A DNA stretch of 64,000 bases from Octopus sinensis (lineage: Eukaryota). The notes beneath the pieces are model-generated. The model was not told where the DNA came from and ran no database searches. It was given only the letters and a program-made list of their open reading frames with translations. Both the position numbers and the translations under genes were made by a program. Location of the stretch: the NCBI RefSeq assembly GCF_006345805.1, contig NC_042999.1, forward strand, positions 162,998,001-163,062,000, read 5' to 3'. Positions 38,501 through 52,900 of the stretch are shown here, in pieces. The stretch's first letter is position 1. Each line of letters opens with the position of its first letter.

Positions 38501-41500
38501 GAGGAAAAAATTATAAAACAAAAACAAAAAGCGTCACAGTTATTGATTGGCAAGGATTTCTAATAATCCAAGTCAACATCAACTTTATAGTAATACTTAC
38601 ATTTTGGATTCTGATTAGCCAAGCCTTTGACTAGAGGGTTGCTCATCATTGAAGGGTTTGGAAATACCGGATCAGGCAACAAACCCGATTTGATGCTGTT
38701 CAATACTGCTCCAGCTTGAAATGGGGAGGCCACCTTCTCCTGAAGTCCAAACAAACAAACATTGACAGCACACACAGCAGGCACATCACACAGTATCACA
38801 AACAGAACAAGATAGGGACTAATAAGAAAGAACAGTTTGGGTTTTCACAAGTATGCACACATTTAAACAGCAAACAAGGTATAAACTGAAAAAAAAACAA
38901 GAAGTGTGTAATGAAGTGAATAATTCAATTTAAAGAATGTTTTAATATTGAAGATATTTGAGATCTATTAAGTATCTACAAAACACACTTAGAGCAGGAT
39001 ATGAAACTCATGATCTACTATAAACTAGGAGCCCAGCACCTTCTCCCTTTGATTACTGAACTCACAACAGTCTGATAAATGTTCAAACTTGTATGGATGT
39101 GCATGCATCCATGCACACAAATCTGAAATCGGAAGTTGTAAATTTACAGCGTAAATACAAATGTACATATTGTCTCCCTTTATTTCCATTTAAAATGTAT
39201 ACAATTTCACATTATTGGGAAAATTTAATCAAAAAAATTTGTCTTAGTAGAATTTTAACACATTAATTCTGCTATCATGGTGAAATTAAAACTTAGCCAC
39301 TGATAAAACAAATATCAATAACATTCAATGGACTGTAATTACTCCCTTTGATAGATGAATACTCAATTAGTTGAACCTGTCACCTGGTTTCAATAAATAG
39401 TTGAAACTATTTTGTATTATTTATAATTGTTAAAGCCTATTGCAATAAATTTCCCATTTCCAAACCATTTTGTATCACAATTTCTAAAACCTATTTGCTG
39501 TAAATTTCCCTTAAGAGTCACAAATTTTGCTTCATAACTTATAAAGTAACCATTGTTATAACAATTATATTTAATAAGGCCATGAGCTGGCAGAAATGTT
39601 AGCACGCCACGTGAAATGCTTAGTGGTATTTCGTCGGTCTTTACGTTCTGAGTTTAAACTCTTCCAAGGTCGTCTTTGCCTTTCATCCTTCAAGGGTCAA
39701 AAATTAGTACCAGTTGTAAACTGGGGTCGATCTAATCGACTGCCCCCAACCCCACCCCAGAAAACCAATTATATTTATTTAATATAATAAGAATTATTAG
39801 TTTTGCTATAATCATTATTATATAACAGAAATTATTATTGTGATGATTTGGCAAAGCTACAGTATTTAGTCCTACCTCCTCTATGTTACAATCAGTTACA
39901 ATCCTTCTACAGTCCACTATAATTAATATATGTACTTGTTATCATTAGGATCAGAACTTGGTTTCCGAAGGCGAAACAGTTACTCAGTACACAGGTCAAG
40001 AGTTTCTATAGCTGTAAGTTCTGGTAGATATTTACAACATGGGATTCAAAGATATAAAGTCATACCCACAAGCACAACAAAATGTCAGCAATAGATCTGA
40101 ACAAAAATTGGTAGTCTAATCCTTCGTACCTCTACATCTTATGCCTAACATACAAAAAATACTTTCAACAAATTACAAAATGTTGAATAACAACAGATGT
40201 TCTAAACCTTATGCTACTTTCTTTACAAAAAAATCTGTTTACAGAATATGAGAGAGCAGTCAGCATGACTCACAGTTTCCAATTAAAACTCTGTAGTATC
40301 AAGTTACAATAGTGCTATATACACATACTAAGATCACCCCAGATACCAACTAGCAAGCTGTATCTTCAAGATCGGCAGTCTTTGGGTTCATTTCGTACTT
40401 TCAAGATAGCACCAAATATAAAATCTGTCACTTAAAATCTGATACAAGCATCAAAAACAAAAAATCTTATTTTATCCCTATCAGAATTGTGAACCAGTAG
40501 TGTTTGTGATGCTGAGTTCTGTATCCAAAATGTTCACCATGTTTCCAGTCTACCAAACTGAATAATAATTTACTTAACAGTAGAGAGATCAGAAGAATGA
40601 CAAGTATACAGACCCAACAATTCATATGTAATTTCTTGGATCCACACAGTTGTAGCTTAGCAAAATAAGAGGAATATGATGAAATTTTTATTACAGAGGG
40701 AAAAAAACTATATGTGAAGGAAAAAAAAGTGAGGCAAGCACACAGTAAGGTTTGTATCAATCAGCTTTGTAAAATAATTGAATGTTAGTAAAGACATAAC
40801 TTATCACAAAATTTGTTCCTGTTTCCCTGTGTCAAAAAAAAAACCCAAAAAAACATATCTACACAATTTTCACTAACCAAAGACTAAAAACATGCAAAAC
40901 TAGGTAAATTTTTTTGGCCTACATTCCTGCTTCTCTCACACAGGATGTCAAAAAAAGGTGGTCACAGACAGAATTGAAAATATTTAATATGTGGCCATAT
41001 TATACTTTGACACAATAAACGTGAAACTAGCTCTTAGCTAATATTCATTACAGATATGTAAGTATGTAATAAAATCACACCTACATCCTAAGTGATAGTT
41101 CATTTACATTTCTTCAGTAAATAACTTGGAATTGGATTGTTTGACTTTGTATACATAATGAAATAAATGGTTCAAAAGAATTTTTCACTTAATCATTAAA
41201 TGAAAAGAAAAGACAAATTCTACTCATTAAACTGATACTCACTGAACATAAAGCAAAGAAAATAAGTGAAATATCAAGGAGTAAATAGGCTAAGGTGTGA
41301 AATGTTGAATATGCAAAAAAAAAATTCTCAATATCTTGAGCTCTGAGAAAGAAAATAAAGAAAATAAAAACCTGACACTAAGAGAAAAAGCAATCATTTT
41401 CCAAAAGATTAAGAATTAATCACACAAAATTAATATCTTTGCTTAGGGGAGAATCTGATATTTATTTTCAAACAATGAACAACAATGGACATATTTTGGT

Positions 41501-43919
41501 CTTACTGGACTTCATCAGCATTGATCTACTCAAGCCAGCTTTAATCAGATGACATAGAATAAAATACAAATAATTTTTGGCTAGTATGATTTTTTTTTAA
41601 ATAGTTCATTGTACTTTTTATCAAAGTGAAGACTAGACTACTTCCAATAAGAGAAAGAAGGAAAGAAGAGATAAAGATTATTTCTACATTGCTCCATAAT
41701 TTCTTGCTTAAGATAGTGATCCACAACATTGTGTGACCTAATACAACAGAATATCAAATGGAGCTCTACACACACACTGTTTTTCAGAATCAAGTTCCTG
41801 AGGAATATTAACCCTACAATTACTTTCGAAAATAATAAAGAATATAGTAAAATAACTCTGTTGTTATTAAGTTGATATTTGGAGCATAAATTAACATGAA
41901 ATTTTAATAGGAAGTTGAAATTTAGTTCACTTTGAAATGAGGTTTGTACTGTACAACAGAGGGAGGTACCGAGCAGTTAGATATCAAAGGATTAAATAAT
42001 TTCTCTTCCCAAACTACATTCATCCATATTCCTCAATACTACAAAGAAAAACATCAATCAGTATGACTCACCTGAATAGTTTTTAAACAGCAACGAGAAA
42101 ACAGTGAAAGAAAAACAAAACCATAAAGGCATCTCACAAAACAAAGAAAAAATTTAGTCACTAGAATAAATTACAGACCATTCAAAACATTCATTTCACA
42201 CCATAAATTCCCATACACAAAACTATTTCTCTCTCTGTTACTTTTCAGCTAAGTCATTAATGAAAGAAAGCTCTAAAAGTTGTTGAAAATCTCTTAAGCT
42301 ATGCTAAGGTAAGACGTTGTCAACTTTGATGATCACAACTTTTAATGCCCAAAGGTTTCGAGTCAAAATACTGTGTAAAATACATACAAATGGGAATTAT
42401 CCATATTAGTTTGGACTTTAAAATAAATGTAGAAGTTTTCATTACAAAAGCAAAGATTAGTTGGAAAGATATCACAATATCTAGATATATTTAGCTGAAA
42501 TAATTTCTTTGTGTAATACCATCTTTCCTCTGTAAAATATATACAATATGCATTTATATGATTACAGTGTGAATGTCTATGTGTAGCATCAATCTCAGCA
42601 ATAGTTTTCATCTCTCCTGTAGTCAATGCTATCAAATTCAAACATTACTGTACTGATCAATTTATTAAGTTCTTTGTCTTGTGAATCTCTGCAGTTGCCA
42701 ACTCTAAAATATTCAGGAATACAAAAATACAAGATATTTTTGAAGTGGCACAACACATAACACCTACTCAAAATGTAGAATGAAATAGAGCCTGATTAAA
42801 TCATAGCAAACTAGTCGTATTTTTTTTTAAGAATTACACTCTTACAGTCTACTGATAAACATATTCAGGTTTTTAAGGAAAAGAAAACATCCAGTAAATG
42901 AGTTAACAGGTATATATCTTAATTATATATGAGCAAGTGAAAATGTAGTGAATTGCTGAAAGAGTAGATAGTCAAAAACACTACTTTCACATATTAGAAA
43001 ACATTCTCGACAATTGACATTTGCCAGATCTGTTTAAGAATTGCATGCACTCAGAACAGCAATTCTAGATTAATTGCCAGGTTTTCACCACAAACATGTG
43101 CTGGGCACAATAAATGCTTTGATAACAAGAACATGTGCACTAACTATATGTGTATAATGTGTGTGGGCAAAGAGAAAAGAAAAAGAGAGGGATGGAAGAA
43201 GAGAAGGAGCTATGGGAAGGGTAAAACAATAATATATAAAATTTGATAGAACAAAACGGTATTGAAAAACAAACTTAACAAGAGACATGAAAATAAGATG
43301 GAAAGATAAAGATTGAGAAAAGGAACAGAAAATTAAACAAAGTGGCTGGATGAAAGGGAGAAAAATGAGAATAATGATGGTTTTAAGTAATATGTGTTGA
43401 AATACAAAGTTTAGAAATTAAATCCATTTAAGCACTAACTAACTATTGAAAAGCTGTAACATCTGCCTCACCAGTTATAGAATACGCAGAGCAATGTTAC
43501 AGACATGTATATATGTAGCATCAATCTCAGCAATAGCTTAAGTTTTTATCAAAACTATAAAGTAAGCTTTACACTGAGTTATGGAGTGGCTATAAATAAA
43601 TTTAAGTAAAATACTGAGAAAGGGAGAAAACAAAGACAATAGGTATGACATTAAGACAAGATAATAAGAACAATACAAAAGAAAAGTTACAGCAGACACT
43701 AAGATAAAGGGAGGAGGCTTAATAGTAAAAGAGAACCTGTAAAAAGTTGAGAAAGAGAATCAAGGGTTGAGAGACAGAACTGAGCTGAGAGATACAGAGA
43801 CAAGAATAGTGATACAAAAGTTACAAGAAACACAGAGAGAGAGAGAGAGTCAAGAGTTAGAAGACACACAAAGAGAGGCATTACAAGAGAGAGAGAGAGA
43901 GAAAAAGATGAGATATATC

Positions 43920-43968
<49 letters not shown>

Positions 43969-46900
43969 TTATAATTGGCACAGAGATGAGAGCAAGAAAC
44001 AAGGACAAGTGCCACAAGACACAGATACACATGTTACATGGACACAGAAGAGATGAAAATTTTGATAGAGAGATGAGTATTACAAAAGGGATGAGAAACA
44101 AGGGTTGTTAGTTACATAGATAGATAGTGTGAGAGAGATAGTGTGTATGAGAGAGAGAGATTAGAAGTGTAGAAAGCAAGAGTTATGGTCATATATGAGA
44201 ATATAAGAATTACAAGACAGACAGACAGACATGCCCCCACGAAAGAGAGAAATGAGTAGTGAATTCCATGAAATAAAAAAAAAAACATTGTTTCTGGCCA
44301 ACATTTATGTTCAGGTCTTCCTATGATATATGGCATAAGATTTATGGGGATGATGTGTAAAACAGGCTACAACAGTGTCTTTTCTGAGGTTATTGGCAAT
44401 GTATGTGAAATGGTACTGATGAGGGACTATAATCAGCCCACAAGTTTGAATCACTGAGATTTTTCACTGTTACACAACACTCCCACACCACTCAGACAAT
44501 ACAAATTTTGATATTCAATGAATGTAACAAAAAAGTAGTATAAATTAGGATAGTGGATAGAGAAAGGTGATGAAAAGGCAAGGAAAAATAGGGGTGTGTT
44601 AACTGATGAAACAAAAGAAATAATCATATATTGATTATTATTTCCATCCTTACAATGTATTAAGTGAGTATCTTTAGCTAGGAAAAAAGTTACACTGAAA
44701 AGGAAACGCGATCCAATTGTAGCTAACAATTTTACATCCCAACTAAAATCAATATCATAAGATCAATAAGCATTAAAACTAAATAAATAGCAGAATCTTT
44801 ATTGACACAAAAGCCATTTTTCACCTACTGCTCAGGAGCTGTCAGCAAAATTGTTCATCTGACTTGTATAATATCAGTTTTTTTTTCTCTACTGCAAAAA
44901 CATGATGATATTAGAAACTTTACTGCTACTATTATCTTTTCACGATCAAATGCCACCTAAATCAAGTTTTACATAATGGTGGAAATGCAACACATTAAAA
45001 ATGCATTTTTCCTTTTGTCCCTCTTCTTGAGAATATTAAAAAAAAAAAAAAAAAACATTTTCTAAGTTGCCTATTGCCTTTAATCAACATAAATAACAAC
45101 AAACATAAAAATCATACACTATTATTCTGAACATATTCTGAGAGCTTGCTAGGGGTACTAGGTCTGTGGGTAGACCGCTCTTACGGTACAAGGATGTTTG
45201 CAAAAGGGACATGAAGGCCTGCAACATCAGTATTAGCGGTTGGGAGGCAGTTGCCGGCAACCGTGGAGACTGGCGACGTACCGTAAGAGAGGGAATACAA
45301 AGGAGTGACAGAGAGAGTGAGGAGAAATGGAAAGACAAGAAAAGACGTCAACAAGAAACTATGGCATTACAACCAGTCAGGAACAGTCTTCGCTACATTT
45401 GCGGTACCTGCCAGAGGGAGTGTTTGCCCAGGATAGGACTACACAGCCACAGCAGGAAATGTATCAGGACATGAAATGTAAAAGCCGGACTAGACTACTT
45501 TATGTGCAACTCCATTGTCTCCCGAGACAAAAAGGATGCCAACCAACATTCTGTGACAACCATGACACAGAGAGACAGATCTTCAACTTATAAATCCTCA
45601 ACAATTAACTGAACATATCAGTCTATAAGTTGGCAAATGCACAGATAATTGAAAGCCTAGCTAGATGATTAACTGTCATTGTTGGAAAAGTCTAGCAGAT
45701 CAAGGTTGACCTATGGCTAAAGAACATACACCACAATTCTTCCTTTAAATTTCATACCTATCTGGAGAAAGCAAAAAGAAATTATTCCAGTGTACTGTCC
45801 AGATACTAAGTCACATTATTCAGTTATACTACTGTTGGTGGTAGATGAAAACTTATCTTGATACAGCTGAATAAGATGTGTCTATCTTGCAATCATCAAC
45901 TACAAATCATGTACTAATGTACTGAAATCGCAATTTCTGTGAAAATTTCTGTTCAATGAAACAATGAGGATAATGGAAAGTTACCGCAAATACTAAACTT
46001 TGATCCCTGATCTTTCTTACGCTACACATATAAATTACAATTATATATGAACCAGAAAATTTACTTCCAGATTGTATCCCAAAGATTAGCCTTCTTTTCA
46101 AGGCCAGAAAGTGCTTGTCCTGATCAATTATATTCTACAAAACTCAGTTTAGTCCTAGATCTGAGACAATGCTACTGTTATAAACAAAAGGGTCCAAAAG
46201 AAATCTATCTGGATCACAGGCATAGATACACTCAACAACACCCTACAACCTCTCTTCTACAGATATGCTATTACCTCACTGCTTGTCCTCCTCCCACAAT
46301 GGACTTATTCTTTTAAACTATCTAGTTACTAGAACATTCACCCAAGCCTATCCAAATGAACACCTGCCTCTTCCCATCACCCTTATTATGTCTCACGGCC
46401 CAGGCATAACACTTAACCACTTTGCCCAGTCATTCTTATTCTGAACATTGATCTTCTGGATTACTCTTGCCATCCACATTGTCCGTAGAGATAATTCATT
46501 TACAGATGCTCAAGCTAAATATAAGCACATCAATATTACTAGCCTTTGAGGGCCAGCAAATGCCATGACTAAGCAAGAAACATTTAAGGCTCAGATAATT
46601 GCTCCAATTGCACCCTAGCAACTACATTCTTCATGAAAGAACTGCCACCAATATAAAATATTCTCTCAAGAGACTTTCTTATTTTTCTTTCTTAAGCAAT
46701 TATTATTTAACTAGTTTATCCTTTAAAATACTTAAAATCTGAAAAGCTCACATGCAACGAAAATAAAATACTTTTAAAACATTTTTAGGATTTGTTTGTC
46801 CTATAATGATTCCGAAAGTTCAAATATTTGTTAAAGCCGGATGCAATATTTTTGTCGATAAACATGTTCTTCAATTGTGAAGTGCAAGTGGCACACATTA

Positions 46901-49900
46901 TTCACCAAGGTAGAATGAAGCAAGAACAATAATTATTGTTCAAATTTATAATGTTGTATAATATTCCTGGCTCTCTCAATGGTATTTTTGATATAAACAA
47001 AAAAGACTACAACCAAGAACTTGAAAGCTTTCTGTTGTAAGTGGCCTCAGTTTAAATCAAGAAACAACTTTTTTAATTCTATTTAATATTTAAGAAAATT
47101 TTTTATAAGGCTAAACATACAAAATAACCCCATTATATAACTGGCACTCTAGCCCAACAGAATTTGAAAGTAAATGAACAAATCAAAATAGTTAAGTTAT
47201 TTAGTCTACTATATCTACCAACTCCTCACATGTGCCTAGATAATGGCCACAAACTTGATGGGAAAAAAATATAACTGAGTAAACGGACTTGAATATGATT
47301 TACACTCAGAATGTATAAAAATGAAATAAGATATTGTAGGCATTTAGCCCAGCAGTTGACCATTTCTGTTCACACTTTTTATGAGCTTTTCAACAGATAC
47401 AATAACTCAAAACTTGCATGGATTATTTTTCGCAAGAACATTTCTGATATAAATGAAGAAATGGTTTAACTATAAATTGAAACTGGGTTTCAGACTTGGC
47501 TCTGGTGAAGGCAACTTCAACTACAAAGTTCCATAGCAATTACACTATAATTATAGAGAATACCACATCTATAAAGTTTACGATGCCATGATTAGTGCTA
47601 ATTTAAGCATCACGAGAAAGAGCAAGGATATTGGGTTGGATTTGAACTACTTACTATACAAATAACTATATACATGCAGCCAAACTGCTGTTGTATTAGA
47701 ATTAAGACAAAAGACATTTAGTACAGTTTTTAATAACTAACTTTCATGATAGTTTTGTCAAAAGAGTGATTTTATTAGAATGAGAAAAAACAAAAAATAC
47801 CTTCTGCTGAACAATCTTGTTATAAATGGACACTGCAGATGAACCTGGAATGCAGAAAGACACTGCAACTTTCTTGGTCTCAACTTCTGTATCTCTCATG
47901 CATTTCCATGTAGCCTCGGCAGCTTCTGCAGTTGCATATTCAACGATAGCACACTCTTGAGATTCATTCTCTTTCATAACAATCTGGAAAATAAATTCTA
48001 TGTTAAAGCTTTGTATATATATATGAAACACAGACAGTAATAGATAAACACTGACAGATTGGAGACAAAGAATCTAAGATTATCCATTGAATTAGAGCTA
48101 TCAATAGAGTAAAACATAAGTGGGGAAATCAGTTATATAAGAATTAGTTGAAGCACAGATGAGAAAAGACAGATTACTTGCATACTTGATGAAAAGACAT
48201 GGGGTGAGGTAGTTGGAACTGATATGAAACAAAATCACATATGAGAGAGAGAGAGAGAGAGAGAGAGATTTTATTAACAAAAGAAACCGTGTTAATCTGG
48301 ACACTTAAAGAGAGCAGGCAGAATGGTTTTATTGCTCTACATACAAGTCAGACAAGCCTGTCTGACAGCACTTGCATACCTGTAGAGTTTTTCTCAAACT
48401 AATAGTTCTTGGTAGCACTGCCAGGCTAAGGACTTCAGGAAATTATCCCTGGTGGTTCTTGATTAGTAAGTCCTATGAACAGACTAGCCAGTTTGTTTGT
48501 GTCAAAGTTCAGTGCCTCCTTCAGAATGTTATCACTTTTCCCTATCACTAATCCTTTGTAGATGGGAGGTGGAGGTCACTAACTTTGGTCTTTGAGAAGG
48601 TTGGTTGGTTCAGCCTCTTTGTTGATGAAGAAAGGTCTTCCTAAGGTTTTTTCCAGGCTTAAACAAAAAGGTACAATAACTGCAGTACATTTAAGTTTGA
48701 GAAATGCTTGTCGAAGCCCTCCCCTCTTGTGACAGTGTTTTGTTTTCTAATACCTCCTGCATTAGATCACTGATGCTCTTGTAAAGTGTACATGGTTTTA
48801 TGTACTGTTGTACTTGATTTTTAGCACTTTTATTTTTTCAGCTGTAGTTTTATTTGCAATACCGTGACTAAGTAATAAACATTTTATTTTCAAACAATTG
48901 CTCCAACTGCAACGAAGCAACTACATTCTTCATGATAAAACTGCCACCAATATAAAATATTCACCCCCAAAGACTTTCTTATTTTTCTTTCTGAAATTAT
49001 TTCTGTAATTATTATTTAACTAGTCTAGTTTTTGTTTAATACTTCCTTTTCAGCTGTGGTTGTATTTGTGAGTATTGTTTTTCATAGTTGTTGGGGTTTT
49101 TAGGTGATGGTGTTGGATGGTTCAAAGATTTTCTGTTTTGTCATGGCTTTGGGGTGGGTTTTTTTAGAATTGATTTTCCTCTATGCCATGACATATTTTT
49201 AGCAACAGATTCATATCCACTAAGTCTGTGTCATGAGTAAAGAAGTGGATTGGTACATGTCTGTGTCACTGAATTATTCTAAGTTGTTGGACCTATAGTA
49301 TCCCTCCAGCCAGTAGGAATGATAGTTGTGGAGTAACTGATCCCTGGTTCACACTGCTCATCTCTGCCACTACTGTTATTAGTGTTGTTGCTGAGGTTGG
49401 TTTTCACTGCAGTTGTGATGTTGGTAGTAGTGCAGGCCTTCTTCCATCTCCCTTATGTTGTAAGCAGAAGACTTTTAAATAAGAGCTGCTCCTAGAAGTG
49501 TGGCATCTAGGTTTTCTGCTTTCCACTGTGACTGTGAGTTGTACCTTGTTCAGCAGCTCAATAAGGCTCTTGTCCAGTGTTTCCAGCTTCACCAAAATCA
49601 ATATCTCCAACCCAAAATGTTGAAGAAAATATTAACATGAAATTTTAACTGATTTTTATATCAAATTAAAGCAAAAACCTTCCTTTTCATGACAGTATGA
49701 TTTCTAACACAGCTTGAAGTTATAGCATTTAAACACATTGAATTAGAAAGAGGGCTACCATTCAGCAGTCACAAAAAAAGAAGAGAATAAAATCACATCC
49801 AGAACTTTCAAATTTTATATAACTTTTCTTGGAAAATATTTATTTTGATATGAAAATAATTAAGCAAAAAGTGTGTTTTTGTGTGTTGAAACTATGCTTG

Positions 49901-52900
49901 TCTCTATTGTATGGTGTTCTGTAGTGATACTTAATAGCAAGTCAGTCAAACTGGTCCCAGTACTTCACTGGTACCTTGAATGTAAAGAGCCAGAACAAAT
50001 GTCACAGATCATTTTGTCCAATGCTTTAACAATTCTACCAATTCACTGCTCTCAAAAATTATAATACTAAATTTTTACATAGGCACAAAACTGAATATTT
50101 CGGGGAAGAAAACAGTCAATTACATAAACTCAAGTACTTGACTGGTACTTATTTTATCAGCACAAAAGGATAAAGATAAAGTTGGCCTCAGTGGGATTTG
50201 AACTCATAATATAAAGAACTATAATGAATCTTTTGCAGCCCAGAAATTTAGAAAAGTATTACATGAAACTAAACTTAAAAGGGAAGTAACTGAAAAAACA
50301 GGCCGATGCATAAAGTCACAATCATGTCGTACTCATTGAAGAAAAATATTATACTGACAACTGCATAATGCACACAAACAACAGAAAATAGCAAAACTAG
50401 AAATGTGATTTATGGAATGGTAGTATAACCTATATAAGAAAAAAACCACAACCTGTATAAGAAAAATGTATCACAGAATGCACCATCCGTCCGTGGCCGT
50501 TTGCCAGCCCCGTCTGGCACCTGTGCGGGTGGCACGTAAAAAGCACCCACTACACTCACGGAGTGGTTGGCGTTAGGAAGGGCATCCAGCCATAGAAACA
50601 CTGCCAGATCAGACTGGGCTTGGTGCAGCCTTCAGGCTTCCCAGACCCCAGTTGAACCGTCCAACCCATGCTAGCATGGAAAGCGGACATTAAATGATGA
50701 TGATGATGATGATGAATATGACAAGATTAAAATGAAAAGAAACAAACATTCAAAATCTACTGTTTACAGAAACACAAGAAGTCAGTAAAAGAAATGGTGA
50801 AGTATAAATTCCTTCTATTCACCCAAAAAGAGCAAAATTGCAAATGATTTCAGAGGTTTTAGGAAAACTGGAAGCAGAATCTGACTTTCCCTTCAAGCAC
50901 TGAACCGAAAGAATGAAGTAACAATTCATAATCATTACCAACATACAACAGTAACACAAGAAAAAAGATAAAATAAGATTCAAACTGCATGTAAAGAGAA
51001 GTAAACAAATATAGAAATAAACAGAACCAAAACTCACATAACTGCCATACAGATGGGACAGACAGTGTAACATAAGAAATATCCACTGGGTAATTTGAAC
51101 CCGTTAAGAAAGTCACAGAAACAAAAATGTGATGAACATTTCTGAGAATATAACTAAAAACAAAGAGTGAACAACAAGGTGTGTGTTAATAGCTCTTAAT
51201 ATGATTTTCCAAAGATATAACGATATTTATTCTAGCATAAGAAATTGATTATGCGATGTTGTTAGGCAGTAAAGTGAAGATCGCAATCAATGAAATCAGA
51301 GACAAAAATGGTTTTGCACTTCTCAATGGAAAATCAACACGTCAATCATCTTGGTCCTTTGTCATCATCTCTACAAGGCTCAACACAAGGAGATAAACTT
51401 TCACCACTTTGATTCATGTCTTCCTGGCTTTCCTTCTTCCACAAGCTCCATCAACATTTAGCAACTGGTGCTTCTCTATAAAACTGTTCTCTCCATATAC
51501 ATCACATAACTACCAGCTTGGTCTTCTTAGCGCACAGCATCTGATGCCTCCTATGCCCAATTTTTCTTTCAACACATTTGAATTTTGCTGTACATGCACA
51601 TTAATGTTCATATCAGCTTCATTTCTTTGTAGTTTTCAGATATCCTATATAATCAGGACCCCTATCAAAGGTTTTCTCTATGTCAAACTGTCCAGCCCAT
51701 GCCAACATGGAAAACGGACGTTAAATGATGACTCACCAGGTCCTATCAAGCTTCCTCTAACTTTCACCTTCCAAACACCTATCTCTCTATTGCCCTTCTA
51801 ACAATGGCACTATTTAGATGCTGCAATCAAATGACAGCAGAATATCCACATATTTCATCCCCCCTTGTGCTACTAGTCACCTCCTTCTCTCCTTGCAAAA
51901 ATTTCCTTTAACATCTATCCCTTCCCACTTTGTTTTCCACTAATCAGCTCTTTCTTTGCTTCAAGGTATTTCTTCCTTTTCTCTGATCTACATCTTATGA
52001 TTGCCGTAATTCATCTTTAACACTCATATCTGCTGCCAATGCATCTTTCCAAAATCTAAATACCTCTGACATTTATCCATATGCTGGTATATTTCTATCT
52101 CTCCCCACTCTCCTATCCAGCACATAATCTCCCGACACATCTCTTTTACTGCTTCTCTGCCCTTCCTGTGCTGTCATTACCCTCCTCTTTCCTGAGCTCT
52201 TTTCTTTGCCATCGACCACTCTCCTACACTTGTACATTATTCACTATATTCTCCTTTACTCCCATCTCCAATTACCTGCCACTCTCTTCTCACTTTTGTG
52301 AACTTAACCACTCTTCTTACTCATTTTCATTTTGGCCTCTGAACAGATGTATCTTTCTTCTCCTTTACTCTAACTCTGCCACAGTGTGGCCATATGGCTT
52401 AGTAGTTTGCAGTGCACCCTCAAAACCCACACCCACAAACTATACCAGAAGTCTTTTTTATGGAAATCTTGTATACTGGAAACTTTTATTAAAAGCTCTC
52501 TTCCACCTCTCTCCTGCCAGCATCAGCTCACCAGCAGCAACAGTACTACAATACAATACGAGGATAAGCTAGCATGTTTGCATTGGAAACAGGACAAATA
52601 TTCTTGCTAGTGGGTTAATTATTGGCACTATTTTATCCTTATACAAACAATGTTTTATACCGCACTGTCTAGATCTCTCTTCATCTCATGAACGTGAAAA
52701 ATGCGAAGTGAATGAATGATGTTAAATCGAACACAGATGAAATCTACATATGTCCGGCAAACAACCATGCAAACCTGTTTTTTCAAATGCAGAATGCTGC
52801 CCCACATCCCTGTCTCCTCTTGCCACCCCTTCCTCATCCTTTGAATTGGCTCACTCAGAATGGGCACATTGAAATGTAGGTCTGGTGAGATTGTTGAGAA

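Noticed and set aside
42070-42170. Consensus donor CAG|gtgagt on the minus strand
   Set aside because: No upstream acceptor gives a plausible frame-compatible exon, and the region is a pyrimidine tract. It is likely a decoy site.
42582-43536. Exact 23-bp direct repeat tgtagcatcaatctcagcaatag; considered as duplicated snoRNA ends
   Set aside because: There is no box C (UGAUGA) at a suitable distance on the sense strand. It is probably a small local duplication.
50823-50899. 77-nt possible exon with a good acceptor
   Set aside because: The donor TGG|gtgaat is weak, it shifts frame and it has no other support.
51800-52572. Pyrimidine-rich block with a 163-aa plus-strand ORF; also decayed-looking coding DNA near 10.2-10.5, 23.0-23.9 and 48.4-48.8 kb
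   Set aside because: These are possibly very old LINE debris, but I could not recover diagnostic motifs well enough to call them.
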